The notes beneath the pieces were generated by a model. That model saw only the letters and a program-made list of their open reading frames with translations. It was not told where the DNA came from and made no database searches. 32,000 bases of DNA from contig CP104013.1 in NCBI GenBank assembly GCA_025839675.1, positions 120,001-152,000 of the forward strand, written 5' to 3'. The stretch's first letter is position 1, and each line of letters starts with the position of its first letter. Of this stretch, positions 1 to 8,048 are shown piece by piece. The DNA comes from Candidatus Lokiarchaeum ossiferum (GTDB lineage Archaea; Asgardarchaeota; Lokiarchaeia; Sigyniarchaeales; Promethearchaeaceae). A program made the translations under genes and the position numbers.

Positions 1-61
1 TAACTCCTTTCTCATGGCGACCTCCTAAGTAAATACATGTGTCACATTTAATTTGGGTCAT
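1..61 (-). CDS. possible 5' end of a CDS running off the left edge (hypothetical)
   Basis: There are two candidate starts on the minus strand. One is ATG at 61-59, opening a frame that reads MTQIKCDTCIYLGGRHEKGV to the edge. The other is an out-of-frame ATG at 15-13, preceded by a strong AGGAGG (26-21) with a 5-nt spacer. The visible sequence is too short to choose between them or to name a product. Confidence 0.25.
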   Translation of the reverse strand, partial: MTQIKCDTCIYLGGRHEKGV

Positions 62-305
62 AAGAATTTTCCTTAAAAGTAATGTGATTAATGGCAATAT
101 ATAATCTACCTTTTTTTCAATATTAGAATATAGTTTGTATTTTAACATTATCTTTCATATTTTTCTATTCCACCTTTTTCTTCATAGAAATAGTTATGGA
201 ATATTCCAAGTCTAATAAAAAATACATACTATTTTTCATCTATACAAATTCTTTATAAAAAGGTTGAATTAAAAATTGAAAAGTGAGGGTGAATAATATG
301 TGGTT

Positions 306-1172
306 ATGAGGTATGAAAAGAAAGAATTAACTAACCAAATTAGAGCCAAACAGTCTGGACAAATGGTTCAATTATCCAAAGGTAAAACATACTATGAATT
401 GAAGGGTGCTCCAGCAAATGATCTGGTTGTTTTAGTGCATGGATTTTCAATGCCTTCATGTATCTGGGAACCTCTATTTTTATTTCTCCTTGATAATGGA
501 TTTTCTGTTTTAAGGTATGATTTGTATGGGAGAGGCTATTCCGATCGGCCTAAATTGAAATACAATAAGGATTTATTTGTTGATCAACTTCATGAATTGC
601 TATCGGCACTAAACTTGAACTCGAAACCATACTCTCTTATGGGATTATCAATGGGAGGTCCTATTTGTATTCATTATACCGACAAATATCCTCAGTTTGT
701 AAATAAGCTTGTTCTTTCTGATCCTGCGGGATTTCCATTTAACGGAATTCCTTTCATTATGAAAATTCCCGGATTAAGCAAATTTCTTTTTAAAACATTG
801 GGTCCTAATTTGTTATTAAAAAAGATAGATACCGATTTTGGGAAGAACGTCGACATTTCGCATCTTTATGAATGTTTTCGAGAGCAGATGAAGTATAAGG
901 GGTTCTTAGATGCCATTTTCTCGACCATGTTTCACTTTCCCATGAATACATCAAAACCCGTTTTTCAAAGAGTTGGTTGTCTTTCGATTCCCAAATTATT
1001 AATTTGGGGTGTAAATGATACCACTGTTCCATTTTCACTCCATCAAGAAGTAATTTCAACGCTTCCTGGTGTTGAATTTCACGCTATCTCTAATACATCT
1101 CATATTCCCCATTTTGAAAAACCCGAAGAAGTAAATCCAATCATTCTTAAATTCTTGCAATCAACTCACTAA
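306..1172 (+). CDS. alpha/beta-fold hydrolase (Ser-Asp-His type)
   Basis: Motifs seen are VVLVHGFSMP (oxyanion HG), the nucleophile elbow GLSMGG (GxSxG), WGVNDTTVP (Asp) and SHIPHFEKPEE (His). The track ORF opens at GTG 300, but the first ATG is at 306. An SD-like GAGGGTGA lies at 285-292. Confidence 0.85.
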   Translation: MRYEKKELTNQIRAKQSGQMVQLSKGKTYYELKGAPANDLVVLVHGFSMPSCIWEPLFLFLLDNGFSVLRYDLYGRGYSDRPKLKYNKDLFVDQLHELLSALNLNSKPYSLMGLSMGGPICIHYTDKYPQFVNKLVLSDPAGFPFNGIPFIMKIPGLSKFLFKTLGPNLLLKKIDTDFGKNVDISHLYECFREQMKYKGFLDAIFSTMFHFPMNTSKPVFQRVGCLSIPKLLIWGVNDTTVPFSLHQEVISTLPGVEFHAISNTSHIPHFEKPEEVNPIILKFLQSTH

Positions 1173-1270
1173 ATTTTACTTTTTTCATCATTTCACCTTT
1201 TTATTTTACGGAGGGTGATAACTATTTTAAACCCTAAGATGAAAAAGGATCATAACTTGGTGTTTATCTT

Positions 1271-1987
1271 ATGGCTCTTTCATTCTCTGCTGTGTTAAAT
1301 GGAATTAGCGGAACAATTGTTCTGTTAATTGGTATGTTTTATTCTATATCATTTTTGCTTATGTATCGCAAAAAAAAGTTGAAATTAATTCCAATTGTAT
1401 CCTTATTGGCTTTTTGTGCTGGATTAATTTTTCTTGGAGTTTCATCTAATTTCCTTTCTCTAGTATTTACAGGAAACAATCTCGATAAAAATACCTATGG
1501 TCTTTTATCTTATACAATTATTCCCGTTGCCACATTAGTAGCGCTCTATCTTGGATTTCATATATTTAAACCCAAATGGAAACTACAAATCACTATATTT
1601 TATTCTATATTGTGGGTGGTGTATTGGGTGTGCATCTTTTTCTTTACAGACTCAATGTTTAAAGATAGTACTGAAGTTGGTGTTGATCTACTTGATATCT
1701 CGTTAAGTTCGGTAGTATTTTACTTAACGATGTTTTATGTGTTCAGTCTTTTATTTGTCTTAAGTGGTGGTTTCTTTAGTCTAAGCCGAAAATTCAAAAA
1801 AGAAGATCTGAATGCCCCAGAAATTAAATATCTCAATTTTTTAAGTCTTGGGTGGGCGTTATTTGGGATTAGCTCTATCATTGACAGTGGAGCACCTGTT
1901 GGAATACCTGTGTTGATCATTATTGCCCGAATAATGATGTGTACGGCATATATTCTAATTTTTGAAGGCTTCAAAGGGGCAAAATAA
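1271..1987 (+). CDS. seven-TM integral membrane protein, function unknown
   Basis: The 238-aa product has about 7 hydrophobic segments separated by short K/R-rich loops. An in-frame TAA at 1253 fixes ATG 1271 as the start. Its topology matches ORF 26037-26759. There is no Lys in TM7, so it is not a rhodopsin. Confidence 0.7.
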   Translation: MALSFSAVLNGISGTIVLLIGMFYSISFLLMYRKKKLKLIPIVSLLAFCAGLIFLGVSSNFLSLVFTGNNLDKNTYGLLSYTIIPVATLVALYLGFHIFKPKWKLQITIFYSILWVVYWVCIFFFTDSMFKDSTEVGVDLLDISLSSVVFYLTMFYVFSLLFVLSGGFFSLSRKFKKEDLNAPEIKYLNFLSLGWALFGISSIIDSGAPVGIPVLIIIARIMMCTAYILIFEGFKGAK

Positions 1988-2006
1988 TTTAACTGCTCCA
2001 AAACTC

Positions 2007-2014
2007 TTTTTTTT
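2007..2014 (+). terminator. oligo-T run after the 7TM gene (archaeal-type terminator candidate)
   Basis: A T8 run lies 20 nt after the stop at 1987. Confidence 0.35.
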
Positions 2015-2038
2015 CATCTTTCCTTTTATTAATTACTT

Positions 2039-2920
2039 ATGATAAAGGCTGTATCCTTTGATTTTTGGTTTACTTTATGCACTACTTCAAAAGATCGAGA
2101 CAACAAAATCAATAACTTGCGATCTGATGCAATTTACATCATTTTAAGAGAATATGGTTATGCCGATTCAAAGAGAAGATTTCAATCGCATTATGACCTC
2201 TCAGAAAAAAAAATTAGTGAGGAAATAATTAATAACGGGTTTATTGATTATAGGATGGATGTCAGAATCTCACGTTTTTTGGAAATTATTCTTTCTTCTG
2301 ATCCACTTTTAATGCAATCCCTAAAACGAGAACAGAAATGGAATGAAGTCTGTGAACGTGTAGGAGTGCCTTATATGGAGAAATTAATGGCAATTATACC
2401 TGATGCTGCCAGAAATTTTGAATTTGTACTTAACTATTTGAAAGAACAAGGAATTAAAATTGCTCTGATTTCAAATACTGGTAAATCTCCAGGGAGTATT
2501 TTACGAAAAGTGCTTGAATTTCATGGGATGCTTGATTACTTTGATGAAACCATTTTCTCAAATGAAGTTGAAATGATTAAACCCAAACGCGAGATATTTG
2601 AACTTCTAATAGACCGCGTTAATTTATCTCCTGATGAAATTTTGCATATTGGAGATGGGATTTTCCCTGATGTGGGAGGGGCTAATAATGCGGGAATGAA
2701 AAGTGCCCTTTATTTAGGCACTCTTCCTGAAAATTACTCCACTCGCCCAACCTTGGAAAAAGATTTTCACCAGATTCAACCAAAATATGTAATAGATGAT
2801 TTTCAAGATCTGCCTGATCTTATTACTTCAATTAATAAAAATGATCCTTATTTCTATCGTATTAGGCATCATGCTGATATACTGCCAGCCTCGCTATATT
2901 TCTTGGCTGATTCGAAATAA
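2039..2920 (+). CDS. HAD-superfamily hydrolase (subfamily IA-like)
   Basis: Motif I is VSFDFWFTL (nucleophile Asp, with the second Asp not conserved, as in the dehalogenase-like subgroup). Motif II is LISNTG. A Lys is present in MIKPKREIF. Motif IV is HIGDGIFPDVGGANNAGM. Confidence 0.75.
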   Translation: MIKAVSFDFWFTLCTTSKDRDNKINNLRSDAIYIILREYGYADSKRRFQSHYDLSEKKISEEIINNGFIDYRMDVRISRFLEIILSSDPLLMQSLKREQKWNEVCERVGVPYMEKLMAIIPDAARNFEFVLNYLKEQGIKIALISNTGKSPGSILRKVLEFHGMLDYFDETIFSNEVEMIKPKREIFELLIDRVNLSPDEILHIGDGIFPDVGGANNAGMKSALYLGTLPENYSTRPTLEKDFHQIQPKYVIDDFQDLPDLITSINKNDPYFYRIRHHADILPASLYFLADSK

Positions 2921-2990
2921 GTTTCATTTTAAGTTTTTTCAACGTAACCTTTTTATTTTCAAGTTTCCTTTTTAATTTTGATCAGATTTA

Positions 2991-3138
2991 GGAGTCTATC
3001 ACCATGTTTACACGAACAAACTCAGATATTTCACATGATGTTTTGGTTACTTTTTGTAGTGTTGTAAACGTGGTTGTGGTGCAAGTTTAATAGACTCCAT
3101 AAAAAGTCAACCTCGTTTATTCTGTTCAACTTTTATGG
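2991..3138 (+). promoter_or_regulatory. structured leader region upstream of valS (nested inverted repeats around a Val-rich mini-ORF)
   Basis: Three pairings can be drawn:
- 2991-2999 GGAGTCTAT with 3090-3098 ATAGACTCC
- 3002-3012 CCATGTTTACA with 3063-3073 TGTAAACGTGG (11 bp, one G-U)
- 3097-3104 CCATAAAA with 3131-3138 TTTTATGG (covers the valS ATG)

Stems of this size are individually expected by chance in AT-rich DNA. Confidence 0.35.
3004..3090 (+). CDS. 28-codon Val-rich mini-ORF (candidate leader peptide)
   Basis: The ATG at 3004 is preceded by AGGAG (2990-2994). The translation is MFTRTNSDISHDVLVTFCSVVNVVVVQV*, with 9 Val of 28 codons, including 4 consecutive Val. The stop lies 44 nt before the valS ATG. 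Confidence 0.4.
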   Translation: MFTRTNSDISHDVLVTFCSVVNVVVVQV

Positions 3139-5858
3139 AGTGGATCTATATTAGAGATCAAAAGATTAAAGAAGAAAAAAAAAAACATAGTTTACCTTTG
3201 AGATCATCGGACCAGTTTCCGAATCGATTTAGTTTTCAAAAGATTGAAAAAAATTGGATTAAATATTGGTCCGAAGAAGAAATTTATAAATTCAAGATAC
3301 CCGAAAAAATCTCCCATAAAGATATTTTTTCCATTGACACCCCCCCAGACTTTACAAGTGGAAATTTGCATATGGGTCACATTTTGAATCATTCCTGGAT
3401 TGATTTCATGGCCCGATTTCAGCGTTCTATGGGAAAAATTGTTTATTTCCCCCAAGGATTTGATTGTCATGGTTTACCCACAGAACTCAAAGTTCAAAAA
3501 TTAACCGGTTTAACTCCCACGAGTGACCGGGCGACTTTCATTGAAACTTGTAAACATTATACAAGGAAATTCATTGATCGTATGAGAGAACAATTTGATA
3601 GTTTGGGCTATTCCACGGATTGGGATCTTTCTTATGAAACGATGAGTTCTGATTATATTCTTTCAGTCCAAAAAACTTTAATCGAATTTTATAAATTTGG
3701 GTGGTTATACCGAGCCAATTATCCCGTTCATTGGTGTCCAAAATGTGAAACATCACTGGCTAAGCAAGAGGTTGGCTATATTGAATCATCCGGTTTTTTA
3801 TGGCAAATTAAATTGCCTATTAAAGGTGATTCTCATAAAAAATTAACTATAGCAACCACTCGTCCAGAGTTAATTGAAGCGTGTATTGCAGTTTTAATTC
3901 ATCCAGATGATTGGAGGTATACTAATATTGAAAATGAAGAAATTTTTATTCCGATTGCTGAGAGATTTGTTCCAATTATTAAGGATCATGCAGTAGATAT
4001 GAATTTTGGAACGGGAGTTGTTTATTGCTGTACATTTGGGGACGAAATGGACATTCAATGGCAGCAAAAATATCATTTACCTATATACCAAATTTTAAAT
4101 CCTAATGGAACCATGAGCTCAATTTCGAAGTTTAAAGGATTGAAAAGTCTTCAAGCAAGATATAAAATTATTAATTTTCTTGAAGAACAAGGTTATCTTG
4201 GGGTAAAAGAAGATTATCCCCATAGAATTATTGTCCACAGTGAACGAAGTTCATGTAACTCTCCAATTGAATATCTCCCGATTCCTCAATGGTTTATAAA
4301 GATCAAGGAATTCATTCCTGAAATTCGAAAAGATGGCCATACTCTCAATTGGTTCCCCAACATGAGTCTTAAGTTGTTTGATTGGTGCGACAATTTAACC
4401 TGGGATTGGGTAATTTCACGACAAAGAGCTTTTGGTACCCCCATTCCATTTTGGTATTGTTCAAATCTGGAGTGTTCTTATGTTTATGTTCCTTCAATCG
4501 AAAATTTACCTTTAGATCCAACCAAAAAATCATGTCCAATAGACCATTGTCCAGATTGTGGTTCCGCTTTGACTGGAGAAAAGGATGTTTGTGATTGTTG
4601 GATAGATTCATCCATCACACCCCTTTTTATTTCTCAATGGGGTCGCAATGACTTATTTTTTAAATTAATCTATCCAATTACTGTTCGACCTCAAGGGTAT
4701 GAAATTATCCGCACATGGCTGTTTTATACCCTTTTTAGATCTAAGAAATTATCTGGAAGTAAACCATTTCAAGATGTTATGCTCAATGGTATGGTTGCTG
4801 GACCAGATGGAAGAAAAATGTCAAAAAGCTTTGGAAATATTGTTTCTCCTGATGAAGTATTTCCTCTATATGGTACGGATGCTGTCCGCCTCTGGGCCGC
4901 AATGGGTCCCCCAGGTCAAGATTATCAATTTAAATTTGAATGGGTTCACCGGACAAATCCTAAGCAAAAAGCGGGAAAGAAATTCAATGAAGATCAAAAT
5001 CGATTACAAAAAGGAAAAATGTCTCAAACAGAATTTGATGCTAAGTATATGAAGCATTTTCCAGGGATTCAAGAAAATGGAAAGATTATTAACAAAATTT
5101 GGAATGCATACCGTCTGATTTGGTTAATAAAACAATCTATTTCTGATCAAAAATTACAAATGACATCAGAACGGTTACATTCGCTTGATTTGAAATACTA
5201 TTCCTTGACCGATATAGATATTTTCATTTTGAACAACTTGAAGAAATCACTCGAGGAAATTGAATCTTATTGGAAAAAATATCAGTGGAAGCAAGGTACA
5301 TCCATTCTCCGAAATTTTTTCAAAGAATACTTTTGCGATCAATATTTAGAGGCCTTAAAATATCGCTTCAATTCAGAAAACAGGTTTGAAAAACTATCTG
5401 CTATAAGGATTTGTCTCTTCATCTCTTTTCAGTTGTTAAAAATTTGGGGAATACTCCTGCCTTTTATCACAGAAGAATTGTATTCTCGGTTATTTTCTTC
5501 ATGGATCATACCAAAATCGATCCATTTAGAATTGTGGCCCTTTTTAAACTATAATTTTTCTCAAGAAAACATTGAAAGTGGACAATTACAACTAAAAGCT
5601 ATAAAACGGATCAGAAAGGCAAAATCTCAAGTTAAATATGCTCTCAACGAATATTTAGAGGAAATATTAATATATTGCCCTGAAGTAGAACAAAGACGCC
5701 TTGAAAACAATTTGAATCCGGTTAAAAACACGCTAAATGTTCAAAAGATCACATTTCTCAGTGGAAGCGAGTTATTAAATTTGAAAGAATGTAATGTTTA
5801 CCATCCCATCGAAGATAAATCTTCCGATTGGATCATTTTCATCAAGATTTTAGATTAA
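3135..5858 (+). CDS. valS: valyl-tRNA synthetase (archaeal type)
   Basis: Class I motifs are LHMGH (HIGH) and KMSKS. Several segments match my memory of archaeal ValRS: IDTPPDFTSGNLHMGHILNHSWIDFMARF, FPQGFDCHGLPTELKV, WCPKCETSLAKQEVGY, ATTRPEL and DWVISRQRAFGTPIPFWYC. The 907-aa length fits ValRS better than IleRS or LeuRS. Confidence 0.9.
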   Translation: MEWIYIRDQKIKEEKKKHSLPLRSSDQFPNRFSFQKIEKNWIKYWSEEEIYKFKIPEKISHKDIFSIDTPPDFTSGNLHMGHILNHSWIDFMARFQRSMGKIVYFPQGFDCHGLPTELKVQKLTGLTPTSDRATFIETCKHYTRKFIDRMREQFDSLGYSTDWDLSYETMSSDYILSVQKTLIEFYKFGWLYRANYPVHWCPKCETSLAKQEVGYIESSGFLWQIKLPIKGDSHKKLTIATTRPELIEACIAVLIHPDDWRYTNIENEEIFIPIAERFVPIIKDHAVDMNFGTGVVYCCTFGDEMDIQWQQKYHLPIYQILNPNGTMSSISKFKGLKSLQARYKIINFLEEQGYLGVKEDYPHRIIVHSERSSCNSPIEYLPIPQWFIKIKEFIPEIRKDGHTLNWFPNMSLKLFDWCDNLTWDWVISRQRAFGTPIPFWYCSNLECSYVYVPSIENLPLDPTKKSCPIDHCPDCGSALTGEKDVCDCWIDSSITPLFISQWGRNDLFFKLIYPITVRPQGYEIIRTWLFYTLFRSKKLSGSKPFQDVMLNGMVAGPDGRKMSKSFGNIVSPDEVFPLYGTDAVRLWAAMGPPGQDYQFKFEWVHRTNPKQKAGKKFNEDQNRLQKGKMSQTEFDAKYMKHFPGIQENGKIINKIWNAYRLIWLIKQSISDQKLQMTSERLHSLDLKYYSLTDIDIFILNNLKKSLEEIESYWKKYQWKQGTSILRNFFKEYFCDQYLEALKYRFNSENRFEKLSAIRICLFISFQLLKIWGILLPFITEELYSRLFSSWIIPKSIHLELWPFLNYNFSQENIESGQLQLKAIKRIRKAKSQVKYALNEYLEEILIYCPEVEQRRLENNLNPVKNTLNVQKITFLSGSELLNLKECNVYHPIEDKSSDWIIFIKILD

Positions 5859-5885
5859 ACTCCTTTAGAATGTTCAAACACAAAC

Positions 5886-5896
5886 TTTTTTCTTTT
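5886..5896 (+). terminator. oligo-T tract after valS
   Basis: The tract TTTTTTCTTTT lies about 28 nt after the stop. Confidence 0.3.
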
Positions 5897-6025
5897 ATTT
5901 AATCTCGGAAGTGTAGTTATAAAAATATAAAATAGCAAGCGGATTTTATGAAGTTGATGTCTCAAAATTAAAACAAAATTCTCTATCTTGAAATTATTGG
6001 TTTTTCTTCACTTATTATTTTAATT

Positions 6026-6346
6026 TTGATTGATGAACTGTTTGATTTACCGCATCTTCTCTTAAATACTCCAAAAACTCCCTTCAATCTCACTGAAGTT
6101 ATATTTGAAGTTACAAGTGCTTTTTTCTTAGGACTTTTTACCATTTTAAGTACTCAAAAGGTACTAAAAAGAAACCGAAAATTACGAAAGTTTTATCATA
6201 TCTGTGCATCTTGTAAGAGAGTGAAATTAGATGAGAGATGGATCTCAATAGAAGAATTCTTACATGAGCATTCAGATGCAGATCTCTCTCATGGATTATG
6301 CGAAACTTGTATGGAAAAATATCTTTATGATTCTGGATTGGATTAA
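6026..6346 (+). CDS. small single-TM protein with C-terminal CxxC...CxxC zinc-binding-like domain
   Basis: The product has a TM helix (VTSAFFLGLFTILST), a basic stretch, and then HICASCKRVKLDERWISIEEFLHEHSDADLSHGLCETC. There is no in-frame ATG near the 5' end, so the start is TTG 6026 and remains uncertain. Confidence 0.5.
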   Translation: MIDELFDLPHLLLNTPKTPFNLTEVIFEVTSAFFLGLFTILSTQKVLKRNRKLRKFYHICASCKRVKLDERWISIEEFLHEHSDADLSHGLCETCMEKYLYDSGLD

Positions 6347-6466
6347 TTTACTTCTTCTATTTCTGGTGAGAATAAGATGGAAAAAACCATTAAGAGTGAG
6401 GGAAGGGAACAAGTTGACTCGGGAGTATTAAATTTTATAAGAGTTGGAAATTAAATTAACAGTAGA

Positions 6467-6760
6467 TTGAAACTAAATAACACCGTTTTTCAAATTAAAA
6501 TAACTTCGGGAATCATTTTTGGGGGAATTGGGTACATAGTATTACGGCTTTTGTATCTCGAAATGGCCATTCTATTTTTAATTGTGGGGTTTCTACTTTC
6601 TTGCCTTATAACAATCGGGGTTGTATTTAGCGATCCTTTATCAGGGAAAGAATTAACCAATTTAAAAAATAGTATTTGGGAATTAGCTGTGAAATATATA
6701 CATGTCTATATTTTAGCATTTTCTATTACGGCAGGGGGCTTATTCTCACTTGGGGGATAA
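6467..6760 (+). CDS. small membrane protein (about 3 TM), hypothetical
   Basis: The 97-aa product is hydrophobic. The start is TTG at 6467, with an internal ATG alternative at codon 33. The gene lies immediately upstream of the propeller-like gene. Confidence 0.35.
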   Translation: MKLNNTVFQIKITSGIIFGGIGYIVLRLLYLEMAILFLIVGFLLSCLITIGVVFSDPLSGKELTNLKNSIWELAVKYIHVYILAFSITAGGLFSLGG

Positions 6761-6764
6761 AACA

Positions 6765-8003
6765 ATGATACAAAAAACGACAGTTCAAAAATATCTTTTT
6801 GGCGCTCTTCTATTTGGTTCCCTTGTCACATTATTAATTACAGGCTCTGTTACGAGAGAAAACGGGGAATTATATTTTTTAAACGATTCGGAGGCAATTT
6901 TTAAAGGTAATTATTCGGGTTCGTTTTTAATCGCTCAACAATCAGGAAATATATCTGTTTTATCTGAAAACCAAGAAATCCTCTGGAATTTAGATCTTAA
7001 TTCATCTGAGATACGAGATGTCGATATCCTCCCCAATGGAAATTTTTTGATTGCGGATTATTCTAATGACTGCATTCTTGAGATTAATCCATCAAACAAC
7101 TCAGAAATTGTATGGATGTGGGATGCTCTAAATCCTCAACATATTAATTGGTCAGATTATGCCATTTTTAAAAATTGGAGCACACCTGTAAGAGCCTTCT
7201 TGAACGGGTCCCAAGGTATTTCTAACCCTTGGACTGGAATTTCAGAAGTTCAATTTATCGAAGGATCTCAATTCAATCGAAACTTTGATTCAATTCTCAT
7301 TACTTTAAGCTTATTTGATATGGTAATTGAAATTAAATATTCTTCTACACCCTCTATATTATGGTCTTATGGTATTCCAGGATATTACAGTCAATTACAA
7401 GATCCTATTTATGCCAGTTATCTTTCAAGTGGAAATATTATCATTTCTGACTCCGGAAATCATCGGTTATTGGAATTGCACAAAACTTGGCATTATTTGC
7501 TTTGGACATGTAAAGTGCCTTTTCCTGAAGGAAATATGCACGAAATTAATGATATCGTGGAAGTAAATGCAACTCATCTATTAATTTCTGATTCTCAAGG
7601 GGGGAAAATCAAATTTCTTAACAAGACTTCTAAATCGTTCGAACAAGAATTGACCTTTTCTAACTTGATGAATCCCTACGATTTAGATAGAATTAACAAT
7701 TCCCTTTATATAACAGATATTGATAATATTTATCGTGTATCCTTGCTCAATTATAATGTGGAATCTTTATTTACTACCCAAAATTATTTAAAACCATTTT
7801 ATATAATAATGGGAATGGGAATGTTATACCATTGCCTTCTATTAGGATATGAATCAATATATTATTACAATCAAGAAGTTAGATGTAAGATAATTAGGAG
7901 TCCGCTTCGAAATCGGCTCATTATCCTTGGTTTGTGTACACTTGTTATATTATTACTTCCCGACATCGTTTCGTTTTATCTAAATTTTGAATCTTTAATT
8001 TAA
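6765..8003 (+). CDS. membrane-anchored extracellular beta-propeller-like repeat protein (NHL/ASST-like repeats)
   Basis: An N-terminal TM (YLFGALLFGSLVTLLITG) is followed by recurring strand motifs: NGNFLIADYSNDCILEI, SGNIIISDSGNHRLLEL, THLLISDSQGGKIKFL and NSLYITDIDNIYRV. There are more than 10 NxS/T sequons and C-terminal TM helices. ATG 6765 is preceded by GGGGG (6752-6756), whereas the track start at 6750 is TTG. Confidence 0.6.
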   Translation: MIQKTTVQKYLFGALLFGSLVTLLITGSVTRENGELYFLNDSEAIFKGNYSGSFLIAQQSGNISVLSENQEILWNLDLNSSEIRDVDILPNGNFLIADYSNDCILEINPSNNSEIVWMWDALNPQHINWSDYAIFKNWSTPVRAFLNGSQGISNPWTGISEVQFIEGSQFNRNFDSILITLSLFDMVIEIKYSSTPSILWSYGIPGYYSQLQDPIYASYLSSGNIIISDSGNHRLLELHKTWHYLLWTCKVPFPEGNMHEINDIVEVNATHLLISDSQGGKIKFLNKTSKSFEQELTFSNLMNPYDLDRINNSLYITDIDNIYRVSLLNYNVESLFTTQNYLKPFYIIMGMGMLYHCLLLGYESIYYYNQEVRCKIIRSPLRNRLIILGLCTLVILLLPDIVSFYLNFESLI

Positions 8004-8008
8004 TTTCC

Positions 8009-8017
8009 TTTTTTTTT
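8009..8017 (+). terminator. oligo-T run after the propeller-like gene
   Basis: A T9 run starts 6 nt after the stop at 8003. Confidence 0.35.
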
Positions 8018-8048
8018 CCGAAAATTTTATGGGAAATCTAAACTTATT

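Noticed and set aside
1211-1219. A strong SD-like GAGGGTGAT lies about 50 nt upstream of the 7TM gene start, with a 19-codon ORF starting at 1239.
   Set aside because: It is too far from ATG 1271, and an in-frame TAA at 1253 blocks extension. It is also about 19 nt from ATG 1239. The mini-ORF has no notable composition, so this is likely coincidental.
3034-3042. ATGATG in the valS leader resembles a C box, so I considered a C/D or H/ACA sRNA. The 9-bp outer stem is followed by ATA.
   Set aside because: There is no D box (CTGA) at the right distance and no C'/D' pair. The would-be pseudouridylation pocket is very asymmetric (2 nt versus about 16 nt). The leader-ORF interpretation fits the sequence better.
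4944-5078. A possible ~45-aa lineage-specific insertion in ValRS (VHRTNPKQKAGKKFNEDQNRLQKGKMSQTEFDAKYMKHFPGIQEN) lies between the KMSKS region and the anticodon-binding helices.
   Set aside because: I cannot establish that it is an insertion without a real multiple alignment. My recollection of archaeal ValRS in this region is not precise enough.
6750-6764. ORFs 6467-6760 and 6750-8003 overlap by 11 nt. This could be a frameshift or fused gene.
   Set aside because: The downstream gene has a good ATG at 6765 preceded by GGGGG. The overlap only exists if the unlikely TTG at 6750 is used, so these are ordinary adjacent genes.
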